From: Candidatus Omnitrophica bacterium CG22_combo_CG10-13_8_21_14_all_43_16
GTDB taxonomy: Bacteria > Omnitrophota > Gorgyraeia > Gorgyraeales > Gorgyraeaceae
Direction of reading: 5' to 3'
Assembly: GCA_002771475.1 (NCBI GenBank)
Contig: PCTH01000078.1
Span: 1-51,536, forward strand
Length of the DNA: 51,536 nucleotides
Shown piece after piece: positions 44,554-51,536 of the stretch. The translations under genes were made by a program, and so were the position numbers. Position 1 is the stretch's first letter. Each line of letters begins with the position of its first letter. The notes under the pieces were generated by a model that worked only from the letters and a program-made list of their open reading frames with translations, had not been told where the DNA came from and ran no database searches.

Positions 44554-45678
44554 TTATTCGGAGGCAAATCTCGCTATGAATTCCGCAAACATCAGGTCCT
44601 GTATATAAAAACCCGCCCCATCAGATCTTTTTACAAGCCCTTTTTCTTCCAGGCGGTAGAGAAAATTCTTTATATTCGCTATGGGGAATTTTTTGGCGCG
44701 TTTACCGACTATCATCATTGTGGTAAAATCCTTGATCGTTACCGGCTTTTTCTCTTCGGCCAATATCTTCAATAAATCCTTCTCCCTGTCGCTGGCCTTT
44801 GACAGAAGATATTCAAAGTAATCCCTGCCCAGCTCTTTCAATGTGCTGCTTAAAACGCTGTCCCATGCCCGGGGCTTCACGTTTCCTTCTATCTGGCTGT
44901 CATAAAGATGGCTGGCCAAAAGCTGGACTTCATAGGGATGGCCAAGGGTGTATTCGAATATATTTTTCCTTATTGCTTCGTCAAAAACCACGCCCGTGCC
45001 TTTCAGGGTCTTGTCTATGGTGCCCATGACCTCCGGTTCTTTCAGATTTTCTACGCTCAGCCTTTTTCTGAAAAATCTTCCCACGGGGTCATGTTTATCT
45101 ATAAAAGCTGCCCAGCCCATAGGCGTGGATGAAAGCACAAACAAAAATCTCGTTTCCTTTATAATATCATCGCTGCTTAAAACAGCTCTCAGGATATCTA
45201 TGGTATTCGATACCTCCATGAGATTCTGGGTGTCATCCAGGAGCACAACCGCCAGTTTTGTATCAAGCGCCTTCCATAACTCGCGCAGGAATTTTGTAAA
45301 CTGGACCTGGGCATTGGATAAAGATTTTCTTTTGGCAAACAGGTCCAGGAGATCTTTTTGGACCGCGTCTATTTTCGGAAAACCCATAACCATCTCTTCT
45401 GCTATCAGATGGATGGCGTCCAGGGCTTTATTTTTTTCTGTAAATCTGGAAATAGCGCAAAAGGCGGCAGGAAATCCGTTTTCCTGGCTTATGCGCCTGA
45501 ATTGTTTCAGTAAAGACGTCTTCCCTGCTCCCCATTCCCCCAAGACAACCAGATGGCTCGGCCTTGCGCTAACCGCATCATCCAGGTTTGATTTAAAGAT
45601 CTCTAATTCCGGATTCCTGCCGCCGAATATTTTCGGCTCCCAGCCGGATTGAGGAGTAAAAGGGTTTGAGGATATCAT
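44554..45678 (-). CDS. AAA/ORC-Cdc6-like ATPase (PF01637-like) with C-terminal winged helix
   Basis: Walker A GEWGAGKTS and Walker B AVVLLDD. The C-terminal FLYRLEEKGLVKR is wHTH-like. The start overlaps the nth stop by 4 nt. Confidence 0.65.
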   Translation of the reverse strand: MISSNPFTPQSGWEPKIFGGRNPELEIFKSNLDDAVSARPSHLVVLGEWGAGKTSLLKQFRRISQENGFPAAFCAISRFTEKNKALDAIHLIAEEMVMGFPKIDAVQKDLLDLFAKRKSLSNAQVQFTKFLRELWKALDTKLAVVLLDDTQNLMEVSNTIDILRAVLSSDDIIKETRFLFVLSSTPMGWAAFIDKHDPVGRFFRKRLSVENLKEPEVMGTIDKTLKGTGVVFDEAIRKNIFEYTLGHPYEVQLLASHLYDSQIEGNVKPRAWDSVLSSTLKELGRDYFEYLLSKASDREKDLLKILAEEKKPVTIKDFTTMMIVGKRAKKFPIANIKNFLYRLEEKGLVKRSDGAGFYIQDLMFAEFIARFASE

Positions 45679-46307
45679 GTTTTTCCTTTAAAAGCTGACA
45701 GGCATAATTTATTTATCCTGCATTCAGCGCAAAGCGGCTTTCTCGCATTACAGATCTTTCTCCCGTGTAAAATCAGAAGGTGTGAGACTATGCCCCAGTC
45801 TTTGGCCGGAACCAATTCCATGAGATCCTCTTCTATCTTACCGGGATCTGTATTTTTTGTTAAACCAAGCCGCTGCGACAACCTTCTTACGTGGGTATCA
45901 ACCACCACGCCTGCCGTAATCCCGAATCCTGACGATAAAATAACATTCGCCGTCTTCCTGCCTATGCCCGGCAGGCTCGTCAGTTCCTCCATTGTCCGCG
46001 GCACTTTGCCTTTAAACTCATTTAAAATTTTCCTCGCGGAGCCTATAATGCCTTTTGCTTTATTTTTGTAAAACCCTGTCGAATAGATATCTTTTTCAAA
46101 TTCCTTAACATCGGCTTTTGCAAAATCAGCCACTTTCTTATATTTCTTAAACAATACAGGCGTTACCAGGTTTACCCTCACATCAGTGCACTGCGCTGAA
46201 AGGATGGTAGCTACCAGGAGCTGCCAGGTATTCTTAAATCTAAGCGCTATTTTCGCTTCAGGATATTGGTTTTTTAAAATCTTTATTATTTCTTTGATAT
46301 CGTTCAT
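45675..46307 (-). CDS. nth: endonuclease III
   Basis: LVATILSAQCTDVRVN, HhH-GPD LPGIGRKTANVIL, VDTHVRR, and the Fe-S cluster loop CNARKPLCAECRINKLC (C-x6-C-x2-C-x5-C). Confidence 0.92.
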   Translation of the reverse strand: MNDIKEIIKILKNQYPEAKIALRFKNTWQLLVATILSAQCTDVRVNLVTPVLFKKYKKVADFAKADVKEFEKDIYSTGFYKNKAKGIIGSARKILNEFKGKVPRTMEELTSLPGIGRKTANVILSSGFGITAGVVVDTHVRRLSQRLGLTKNTDPGKIEEDLMELVPAKDWGIVSHLLILHGRKICNARKPLCAECRINKLCLSAFKGKT

Positions 46308-46663
46308 TTACCCAATAACATGTATATAGAAATAAATAAAAGCATAACTGCGAATATTTTTTTAAGTATAGGGCTGGGAATGCCCTGCATAAGAGTTGCG
46401 CCTATAAAACCTCCTATAATAAACCCGAGGGCTACAAATAAAGCTACCTTTATATTCACGTCTCCTGACTTGTAATATTTTATCACGGCCAGGATCCCCA
46501 CGGGTAAAAGCAGCGAGGCAAGGGCTGTGCCCTGGGCCAAATGCTGGGAGAATTTGAACGTATACAAAAGCACAGGGATTAATATTATAGCCCCTCCTAT
46601 CCCGAAAAATCCTGAGGATATCCCTGATACCAGCCCGATTAATACGCTTAATATATTGTCCAT
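46304..46663 (-). CDS. half-size TSUP (TauE/SafE) family membrane protein
   Basis: 119 aa with 4 TM segments. It has GFFGIGGAIILIPVLL (GxGGG...P motif). Typical family members are about twice this length. Confidence 0.7.
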   Translation of the reverse strand: MDNILSVLIGLVSGISSGFFGIGGAIILIPVLLYTFKFSQHLAQGTALASLLLPVGILAVIKYYKSGDVNIKVALFVALGFIIGGFIGATLMQGIPSPILKKIFAVMLLFISIYMLLGK

Positions 46664-46699
46664 GTTTACTTTATCTATTGTATATGGTAGATTATAGTT

Positions 46700-48148
46700 A
46701 TGATTATAAAGAGAGATATTGATATTATCAAGGGATATTTTGAAGACTATTCAGGCCTTCTGGGCGGTTATGCCGACAGGGTCATAGTGCCTGAGGACGA
46801 AAAAGAAATCATGGAAATACTGCTCGAGGCATCCGCCAAAAATACCCCTGTTACAATATCCGGAGGCGGCACAGGCGTGACAGGCGCAAGGATTCCCTTC
46901 GGAGGATGGGTCATTGCCACAGAGAATCTTAATAAAATAATAGACATAAATGAAAAAAACTTTACCGCAACGCTCCAGCCGGGGGTAAGGCTTTCTGACC
47001 TGGACACGCAACTTTCAAAAAAAGGCCTTACTTATTTGCCTGACCCCACAGAGCCGAACGCATTTCTGGGCGGCACTATATCCACAAATGCCTCAGGCGC
47101 AAAAGGCTTTAAATACGGCCCTACGCGCAATTATATAAAAAGGTTGAGGATGCTCCTCGCCACCGGAGATATTATTGATATAAAACGCGGGGATTATTTT
47201 TTAAAAAAAGGCGGCCTTTTTCCGATCAAATTAAAAGACAGGGAAATAAAAATAAGGATCCCTGATTATTCCATGCCGCAGATAAAAACAGCTGCGGGTT
47301 ACTATGTAAAAGACGGCATGGACCTTGTGGACCTGTTTATAGGCCACGAAGGAACTCTAGGCTTTATACTAGAAGCTGAAATAGCGCTCGGCAGAAAGCC
47401 TGAAGAGATAATGAGTTTTTTCAGCTTCTTCGCTTCAGAAGATGACGCTATAAATTTTGTAGATGACGCCAAAAAGTTTAACGCCATGTCTTTAGAATAC
47501 ATGGACAGCCATTCCCTGTCGCTATTGAGGGTAAAATACCCGAACATACCCCTTTCTGCAAAAGGCCTTATATATTTTGAACAGGATTACAAAAAAGAAT
47601 CTGAGTCCAGTCTCATAGACTCCTGGACTAAACTGCTTGAAAAACATAACGCGCTCCTGGAAGACTCGTATTTTGCCGATTCTGACAAAGAAAGGGTGAA
47701 ATTAAAAGAATTAAGGCACGCCCTGCCTGATTCCGTGAACGAGATCGTGAAAAAAAATAAAATGCCGAAGGTCGGCACAGACATAGCCGTACCTGACAAT
47801 AGATTCAAGGAGATGCTGGATTTTTATCATGACAAATTAAAATCCTCAAATATATATTACGTCATATTCGGCCACATAGGCGAAAGCCACATGCATGTGA
47901 ATATGCTGCCCAAAACAGAGGAAGAATTTAAAAAGAGCCGCGACACGTATGCGGAGTTTGTAAAAAAAGCAATAAGCCTGGGCGGCACTGTATCGGCGGA
48001 ACACGGCATAGGAAAATTAAAACACCGATTCCTGGAAATAATGTACGGGAAAGACAACCTGAAACAGATGGCCCTTCTTAAAAAATCGCTGGACCCTTCA
48101 TGCATATTGGGGCTCGATAATATATTCCCAAAGGAACTGTTAAGATAA
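46700..48148 (+). CDS. FAD-binding oxidase (GlcD / D-lactate dehydrogenase family)
   Basis: FAD_binding_4-type N-terminus (VIVPEDEKEIMEILLEASAKNTPVTISGGGTGVTG) and C-terminal GGTVSAEHGIGKLK. Confidence 0.8.
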   Translation: MIIKRDIDIIKGYFEDYSGLLGGYADRVIVPEDEKEIMEILLEASAKNTPVTISGGGTGVTGARIPFGGWVIATENLNKIIDINEKNFTATLQPGVRLSDLDTQLSKKGLTYLPDPTEPNAFLGGTISTNASGAKGFKYGPTRNYIKRLRMLLATGDIIDIKRGDYFLKKGGLFPIKLKDREIKIRIPDYSMPQIKTAAGYYVKDGMDLVDLFIGHEGTLGFILEAEIALGRKPEEIMSFFSFFASEDDAINFVDDAKKFNAMSLEYMDSHSLSLLRVKYPNIPLSAKGLIYFEQDYKKESESSLIDSWTKLLEKHNALLEDSYFADSDKERVKLKELRHALPDSVNEIVKKNKMPKVGTDIAVPDNRFKEMLDFYHDKLKSSNIYYVIFGHIGESHMHVNMLPKTEEEFKKSRDTYAEFVKKAISLGGTVSAEHGIGKLKHRFLEIMYGKDNLKQMALLKKSLDPSCILGLDNIFPKELLR

Positions 48149-48164
48149 TTTTATTTTTTAGCAT

Positions 48165-48187
48165 GTCATTCCCGTGAAAACGGGAAT
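48165..48187. repeat. hairpin GTC-ATTCCCG-tgaaaa-CGGGAAT (left flank of the GIY-YIG gene)
   Basis: Perfect 7-bp stem. It is an inverted copy of the element at 48498-48520. Confidence 0.85.
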
Positions 48188-48198
48188 CTAAAAATTAC

Positions 48199-48489
48199 AT
48201 GAAAGAATATTACGTATACATCTTAGCTAGCAGAAGAAACGGAACTTTGTACACTGAAATAACGGAGAATTTGATAAAAAGAGTATACGAACATAAAAAT
48301 AAACTTGTTGACGGTTTTACTAAAAAATATAACGTTAATATATTAGTACATTATGAGATATTTAATAGCGCAATAGAAGCTATTACCAGAGAAAAACGAA
48401 TAAAAAAATGGAACAGGCAATGGAAAATAGAACTGATAGAACAATCTAACCTATGCTGGAAAGATTTATATGCTGATATTATATCTTAA
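48199..48489 (+). CDS. GIY-YIG nuclease family protein (UPF0213/YhbQ-like)
   Basis: YYVYILASRRNGTLYTEITENLIKRVYEHKN...REKRIKKW is the GIY-YIG core pattern. 96 aa. Confidence 0.85.
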   Translation: MKEYYVYILASRRNGTLYTEITENLIKRVYEHKNKLVDGFTKKYNVNILVHYEIFNSAIEAITREKRIKKWNRQWKIELIEQSNLCWKDLYADIIS

Positions 48490-48497
48490 AAAAATGG

Positions 48498-48520
48498 ATT
48501 CCCGCTTTCGCGGGAATGAC
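48498..48520. repeat. hairpin ATTCCCG-ctttcg-CGGGAAT-GAC (right flank of the GIY-YIG gene)
   Basis: Perfect 7-bp stem. The GAC/GTC extension shows it is inverted relative to 48165-48187. Confidence 0.85.
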
Positions 48521-48554
48521 AAAAATATAAAACCGGGATAACAAAAATATAAAA
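48511..48554. repeat. tandem ~22-bp duplication CGGGA(A)T(G/A)ACAAAAATATAAAA x2
   Basis: 48511-48532 and 48534-48554. Identical 14-mer ACAAAAATATAAAA at 48519-48532 and 48541-48554. Confidence 0.75.
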
Positions 48555-48555
48555 T

Positions 48556-49632
48556 ATGAAAACTATAATAGCTGTGCCTGATTTTACGCGCGAAGCGCAT
48601 CTAAAAAAGATCCTTCCCGCGCTTTTAAAAGACAATAGCGGCGCGGAAATACTAATCGCCACCGGGCTTCACAGGGCGCCCACTAAAAAAGAAATCAGGG
48701 ACAATCTTGGCAATATCGCAGAAAAAATAAAAATATCAGCCCATGATTACAAAGATGCGTTGTATTTCGGCAAATCAAAAACCGGGGCGCCTGTCTGGCT
48801 TAATAAAAAACTAAAAGAAGCCGACGTCATAATAACAGTCGGCGTCGTAGAGCCGCATCTTTACGCAGGCTACAGCGGAGGCGTAAAGGTGGTCGCGATA
48901 GGCCTGGCCGGGGAAAAGACGATAAATTACACCCATCATCCGAGATTTTTGGATTCTCCCGGCACTAAAATAACAAATCTGAAAAATAACCCGTTTCAGG
49001 ATTTTATACAGGAAGTTATTTCCATGCTGCCCATAAAATATTCCATAAATATAGTAAATGACGACAAAGGCAATATCCTGAAAATATTTAAAGGCAGCCC
49101 GGGAGCCTCTTTCAGGAATGCCGTCAATTACTCCAAAAAGATTTTTGAAAAAAAGGTGGCTAAGCTATTTGACGCGGTGATATGCGGCGCCCCTGCAGGA
49201 AAAAGCGCAAATATATACCAGGCATCCCGCGTATTCAATTATGTAGCTGATACCAGAAGCCCCGCTATAAAAAATACATCCCTCATACTTGTGAAAGCAG
49301 GGCTGGAAGAAGGCTTCGGAAAAGGCCTCGGCGAAAAACGCTTTATGAAAAAGATGCTTGGAATGAAAAATCCTGATAAACTTATAAATGAAATCAAGAA
49401 AAGCGGCTGCCTTGCGGGGGAACACAGGGCTTACATGGTTGCAAAAGCCCTCAAAAAAGCAAAATTAGGATTTATATCAAAAAATGCCGGCTTTTATAAA
49501 AATAAAGGTCTTCCGTTTTTATTTTTTGAAGACCTGAGTGAAGCTGAAAAATATATAAGAAAAAGTTACAAAAACCCTGAAATATATTACCTGAAAAACG
49601 CTTTTACGAAAATACTTACCGCTTACACTTAA
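48556..49632 (+). CDS. LarA-like (DUF2088) nickel-pincer-dependent racemase/epimerase family protein
   Basis: ILIATGLHRAPTKKEI and VEPHLYAGYSGGVKVVAIG match the LarA N-domain motifs as I recall them, including the Lys of the SGGxK motif that tethers the cofactor. At 358 aa it is shorter than L. plantarum LarA. Confidence 0.65.
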   Translation: MKTIIAVPDFTREAHLKKILPALLKDNSGAEILIATGLHRAPTKKEIRDNLGNIAEKIKISAHDYKDALYFGKSKTGAPVWLNKKLKEADVIITVGVVEPHLYAGYSGGVKVVAIGLAGEKTINYTHHPRFLDSPGTKITNLKNNPFQDFIQEVISMLPIKYSINIVNDDKGNILKIFKGSPGASFRNAVNYSKKIFEKKVAKLFDAVICGAPAGKSANIYQASRVFNYVADTRSPAIKNTSLILVKAGLEEGFGKGLGEKRFMKKMLGMKNPDKLINEIKKSGCLAGEHRAYMVAKALKKAKLGFISKNAGFYKNKGLPFLFFEDLSEAEKYIRKSYKNPEIYYLKNAFTKILTAYT

Positions 49633-50318
49633 AAATCCCTGCTTATGCCTATGCTAAGCTCTTCCCCGTCAAGAAAATCGCATTCTATGTTAAGCCTGGT
49701 GTCTTTCCTGACCAGATAATCAAACCCGATTACAGCTCCGAACATCTTTTCAGACTTTATGCGCTTCCTGTCATGTTCATTCACCCATTTTATATAATCG
49801 ACTGTCCCGTATCTGGCGCCGGCATAAGGCGTCAGATTGCCCATATCCTTTGATACCAGCGCCGAACCCTGCCAGTCATCTATAATTACCCTGTGATTAT
49901 CGCCTGCCGGAGACGCCGTGGGAGGATGAACGCTTATATGCTGGAAACCTGCGACAGTTTTTATCCCAAGCCCTTTATTCTCATAACCTTTTATCCTGAA
50001 ACCGTATGCTCCTGCAAAACCGCTATTAAAATTCAAATTCCCGGGGTCTGAATTATGCCAGGCTACATCTCCCATGCCTATTTTACCGTCAAAACAAATC
50101 CAGTCAAGCACGCCCAGGCTACATGTTAAAAAATACCTGTTTCCGCTTGTTGAACCCTGATTATCATCAAGATCTCTGTCTACAAGGAAATTCCCCTCCA
50201 GCCCCAATGTCCATTGTTTTTCTTTGGGCATATGGGTACCATAGCATGGCGCTGCATAAGAAATCCCTGAATGCGCTATTCCTAAAACGATTAAAACAAA
50301 TAAAAATCTTTTAAGCAT
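49629..50318 (-). CDS. outer-membrane beta-barrel protein (hypothetical)
   Basis: Signal peptide MLKRFLFVLIVLGIAHSGISYA, alternating beta-strand pattern and a terminal ...GISRDF aromatic residue. Confidence 0.55.
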   Translation of the reverse strand: MLKRFLFVLIVLGIAHSGISYAAPCYGTHMPKEKQWTLGLEGNFLVDRDLDDNQGSTSGNRYFLTCSLGVLDWICFDGKIGMGDVAWHNSDPGNLNFNSGFAGAYGFRIKGYENKGLGIKTVAGFQHISVHPPTASPAGDNHRVIIDDWQGSALVSKDMGNLTPYAGARYGTVDYIKWVNEHDRKRIKSEKMFGAVIGFDYLVRKDTRLNIECDFLDGEELSIGISRDF

Positions 50319-50332
50319 AAATTGATTTTCTT

Positions 50333-51133
50333 TTAAAATAATCTCCTGCCTTTTTTCGCAAGCTCCTTAAGATCAGGCCATAATTTTTTGCCTTTCAGCA
50401 TCACGACTATCACTTTTCGGTTATTATCGTATATTATATAACCGGCAAAGCACTGTCCGGCCCTAATGGTATACCCGGTTTTTCCAAGAATAGTATAAGA
50501 TGCTTCCTTCCACAGGCTTTTATTGTGATTCCTGAGTTTTATTTTCCTGCCGGTATTAAGCTCGGAAATCTCAGCCTGCTTTGTTTCCAGGATTTCGGAT
50601 AATTTTTTATTTTTCATCGCTTTTCTCATTATCAAAGCCAGATCATAGGCGGTAGTATACTGGTTTTTTGCGGGGAGCCCGTTAGAGGTCTTAAAATTCG
50701 TATTGCGGCAGCCTAGTTTTTTGGCCATCTCGTTCATCATGTTCGTAAACTCTTTTTCGCTCCCGGCAACACTCACTGCCAATGCCACTGTTGCATCGTT
50801 GCCTGAATTAAGCAGCGCCGCTTTCAATAAATCTTCGGTTGTGTAAATCTCCCCATTTTTTATATCCACCCTGCTGGGCGGCATCCAGGTAGCGGACTTC
50901 GGAACAGTAACTTTTTTATCAAGGCCGGATTTATCCATTACCACGAGGGCTGTCATTATCTTTGTAGTAGATGCGGGAGCCAGTTTAACGTGCGGATTTT
51001 TTGAATACAGGACTTTTTTATTCCCGGCATTCATCAGCACTACGGAATACGCAGTGACATGGATAACCTCTTTCGCAAAAAGGCTTGTGCTTAAAAATAT
51101 CATTGATAGGAATATGAGGATTCTTCGGAACAT
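50333..51133 (-). CDS. D-alanyl-D-alanine carboxypeptidase (S11, PBP5-like)
   Basis: SxxK PASTTKIMT, SxN LLNSGND and KTG LGKTGYT, with a signal peptide. Confidence 0.85.
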   Translation of the reverse strand: MFRRILIFLSMIFLSTSLFAKEVIHVTAYSVVLMNAGNKKVLYSKNPHVKLAPASTTKIMTALVVMDKSGLDKKVTVPKSATWMPPSRVDIKNGEIYTTEDLLKAALLNSGNDATVALAVSVAGSEKEFTNMMNEMAKKLGCRNTNFKTSNGLPAKNQYTTAYDLALIMRKAMKNKKLSEILETKQAEISELNTGRKIKLRNHNKSLWKEASYTILGKTGYTIRAGQCFAGYIIYDNNRKVIVVMLKGKKLWPDLKELAKKGRRLF

Positions 51134-51406
51134 TTAACCTTGATGCATTTCGCGGATTTCTTTGCTGACGTCTCCGAGCGCTGCCTTGGCGCGCTCAAGT
51201 TCAGCGGCAAGCCTATTGGTTATAAGCAAATGCTTATAGGAAAGCAGGCTGAAAGCCAGATTTAAAAGCGCCAATAAAAACAGATACACATTAACCTTGG
51301 TATTAAGCAGGAAATATATAAAGAAAAATATGCCCAGGATAATAAGCATCCTGTTCACCCTGGCAACTACCGCTATAAATATTTCTTCGCTTGTCAGCTT
51401 CGCCAT
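51134..51406 (-). CDS. small membrane protein (hypothetical)
   Basis: 90 aa with two hydrophobic helices and a C-terminal amphipathic helix. Its stop directly abuts the carboxypeptidase start. Confidence 0.45.
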   Translation of the reverse strand: MAKLTSEEIFIAVVARVNRMLIILGIFFFIYFLLNTKVNVYLFLLALLNLAFSLLSYKHLLITNRLAAELERAKAALGDVSKEIREMHQG

Positions 51407-51536
51407 ATATAATCTCCTCGTATAATAGCGTTCTTTCGCATGAAAGATGATTATTATCGTCTCCTCTCGGTATAGAGTGTATTTTAAGGCTAAATTTATT
51501 ACACCCGCTTTTATAACCGAAAGGAGACTTTTATGT

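Noticed and set aside
51521-51536. AAGGAGA followed by ATG at 51533-51535, possibly the start of a plus-strand gene.
   Set aside because: Only 4 nt of the putative ORF are inside the window, so it cannot be evaluated.
1-51536. Search for tRNA, rRNA, CRISPR arrays, prophage or integrase modules, and toxin-antitoxin pairs.
   Set aside because: By eye I saw no T-loop/acceptor patterns, no rRNA-like conserved blocks, no regularly spaced direct repeats, and no integrase, terminase or capsid genes. tRNAscan-SE, Infernal and a CRISPR finder would settle this.

Overview
AT-rich bacterial chromosomal window with 43 protein-coding genes. Every gene from 1 to 37.3 kb is on the minus strand. I saw no rRNA, tRNA or CRISPR array. 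Content from left to right:
- A partial radical SAM gene, a small exported protein and a LacI regulator form the tail of a type IV pilus/T2SS-like envelope cluster. The cluster has two tandem paralogous secretins, PilP/GspC-like and PilO-like proteins, a fused PilM-PilN, a minimal MerR-type HTH, a ~600-aa Ig-like exported protein and a 1035-aa GspK-like pseudopilin. It has no motor ATPase, platform protein or major pilin. An intact ISNCY/IS1202-like IS flanked by 18-bp direct repeats interrupts it.
- A small membrane protein, then gpmA.
- A 1759-aa membrane-anchored alpha-glucan phosphorylase fusion. Its leader contains a promoter, a 27-codon uORF and two terminator-like hairpins.
- dcd, then a class II RNR (nrdJ) carrying a LAGLIDADG intein.
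- A 10-gene block: htpX-moxR-DUF58-DUF167-DUF4381-batABCDE.
- A 376-bp non-coding insertion bounded by 17-bp direct repeats. It carries a 307-bp GC-rich imperfect palindrome and sits between two divergent promoters.
- A YkgJ/DUF2156 fusion, a UvrD/Cas4-like helicase-nuclease, and an NSS transporter with a consensus promoter and an apparently leaderless start.
- A TSUP-nth-AAA ATPase-ferredoxin string.
- A GIY-YIG mini-cassette flanked by inverted ATTCCCG-N6-CGGGAAT hairpins, sitting between glcD-like and larA-like genes.
- An outer membrane protein and a PBP5-like carboxypeptidase.

The gene content suggests an uncultivated PVC/Omnitrophota-like lineage; this is inference only. Best follow-up targets are the motor-less double-secretin/giant-pseudopilin cluster, the 376-bp palindromic insertion, the phosphorylase fusion with its attenuator-like leader, and the GC-rich GTCCG-core hairpin family. 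All family assignments come from motif recognition by eye; no searches were run.
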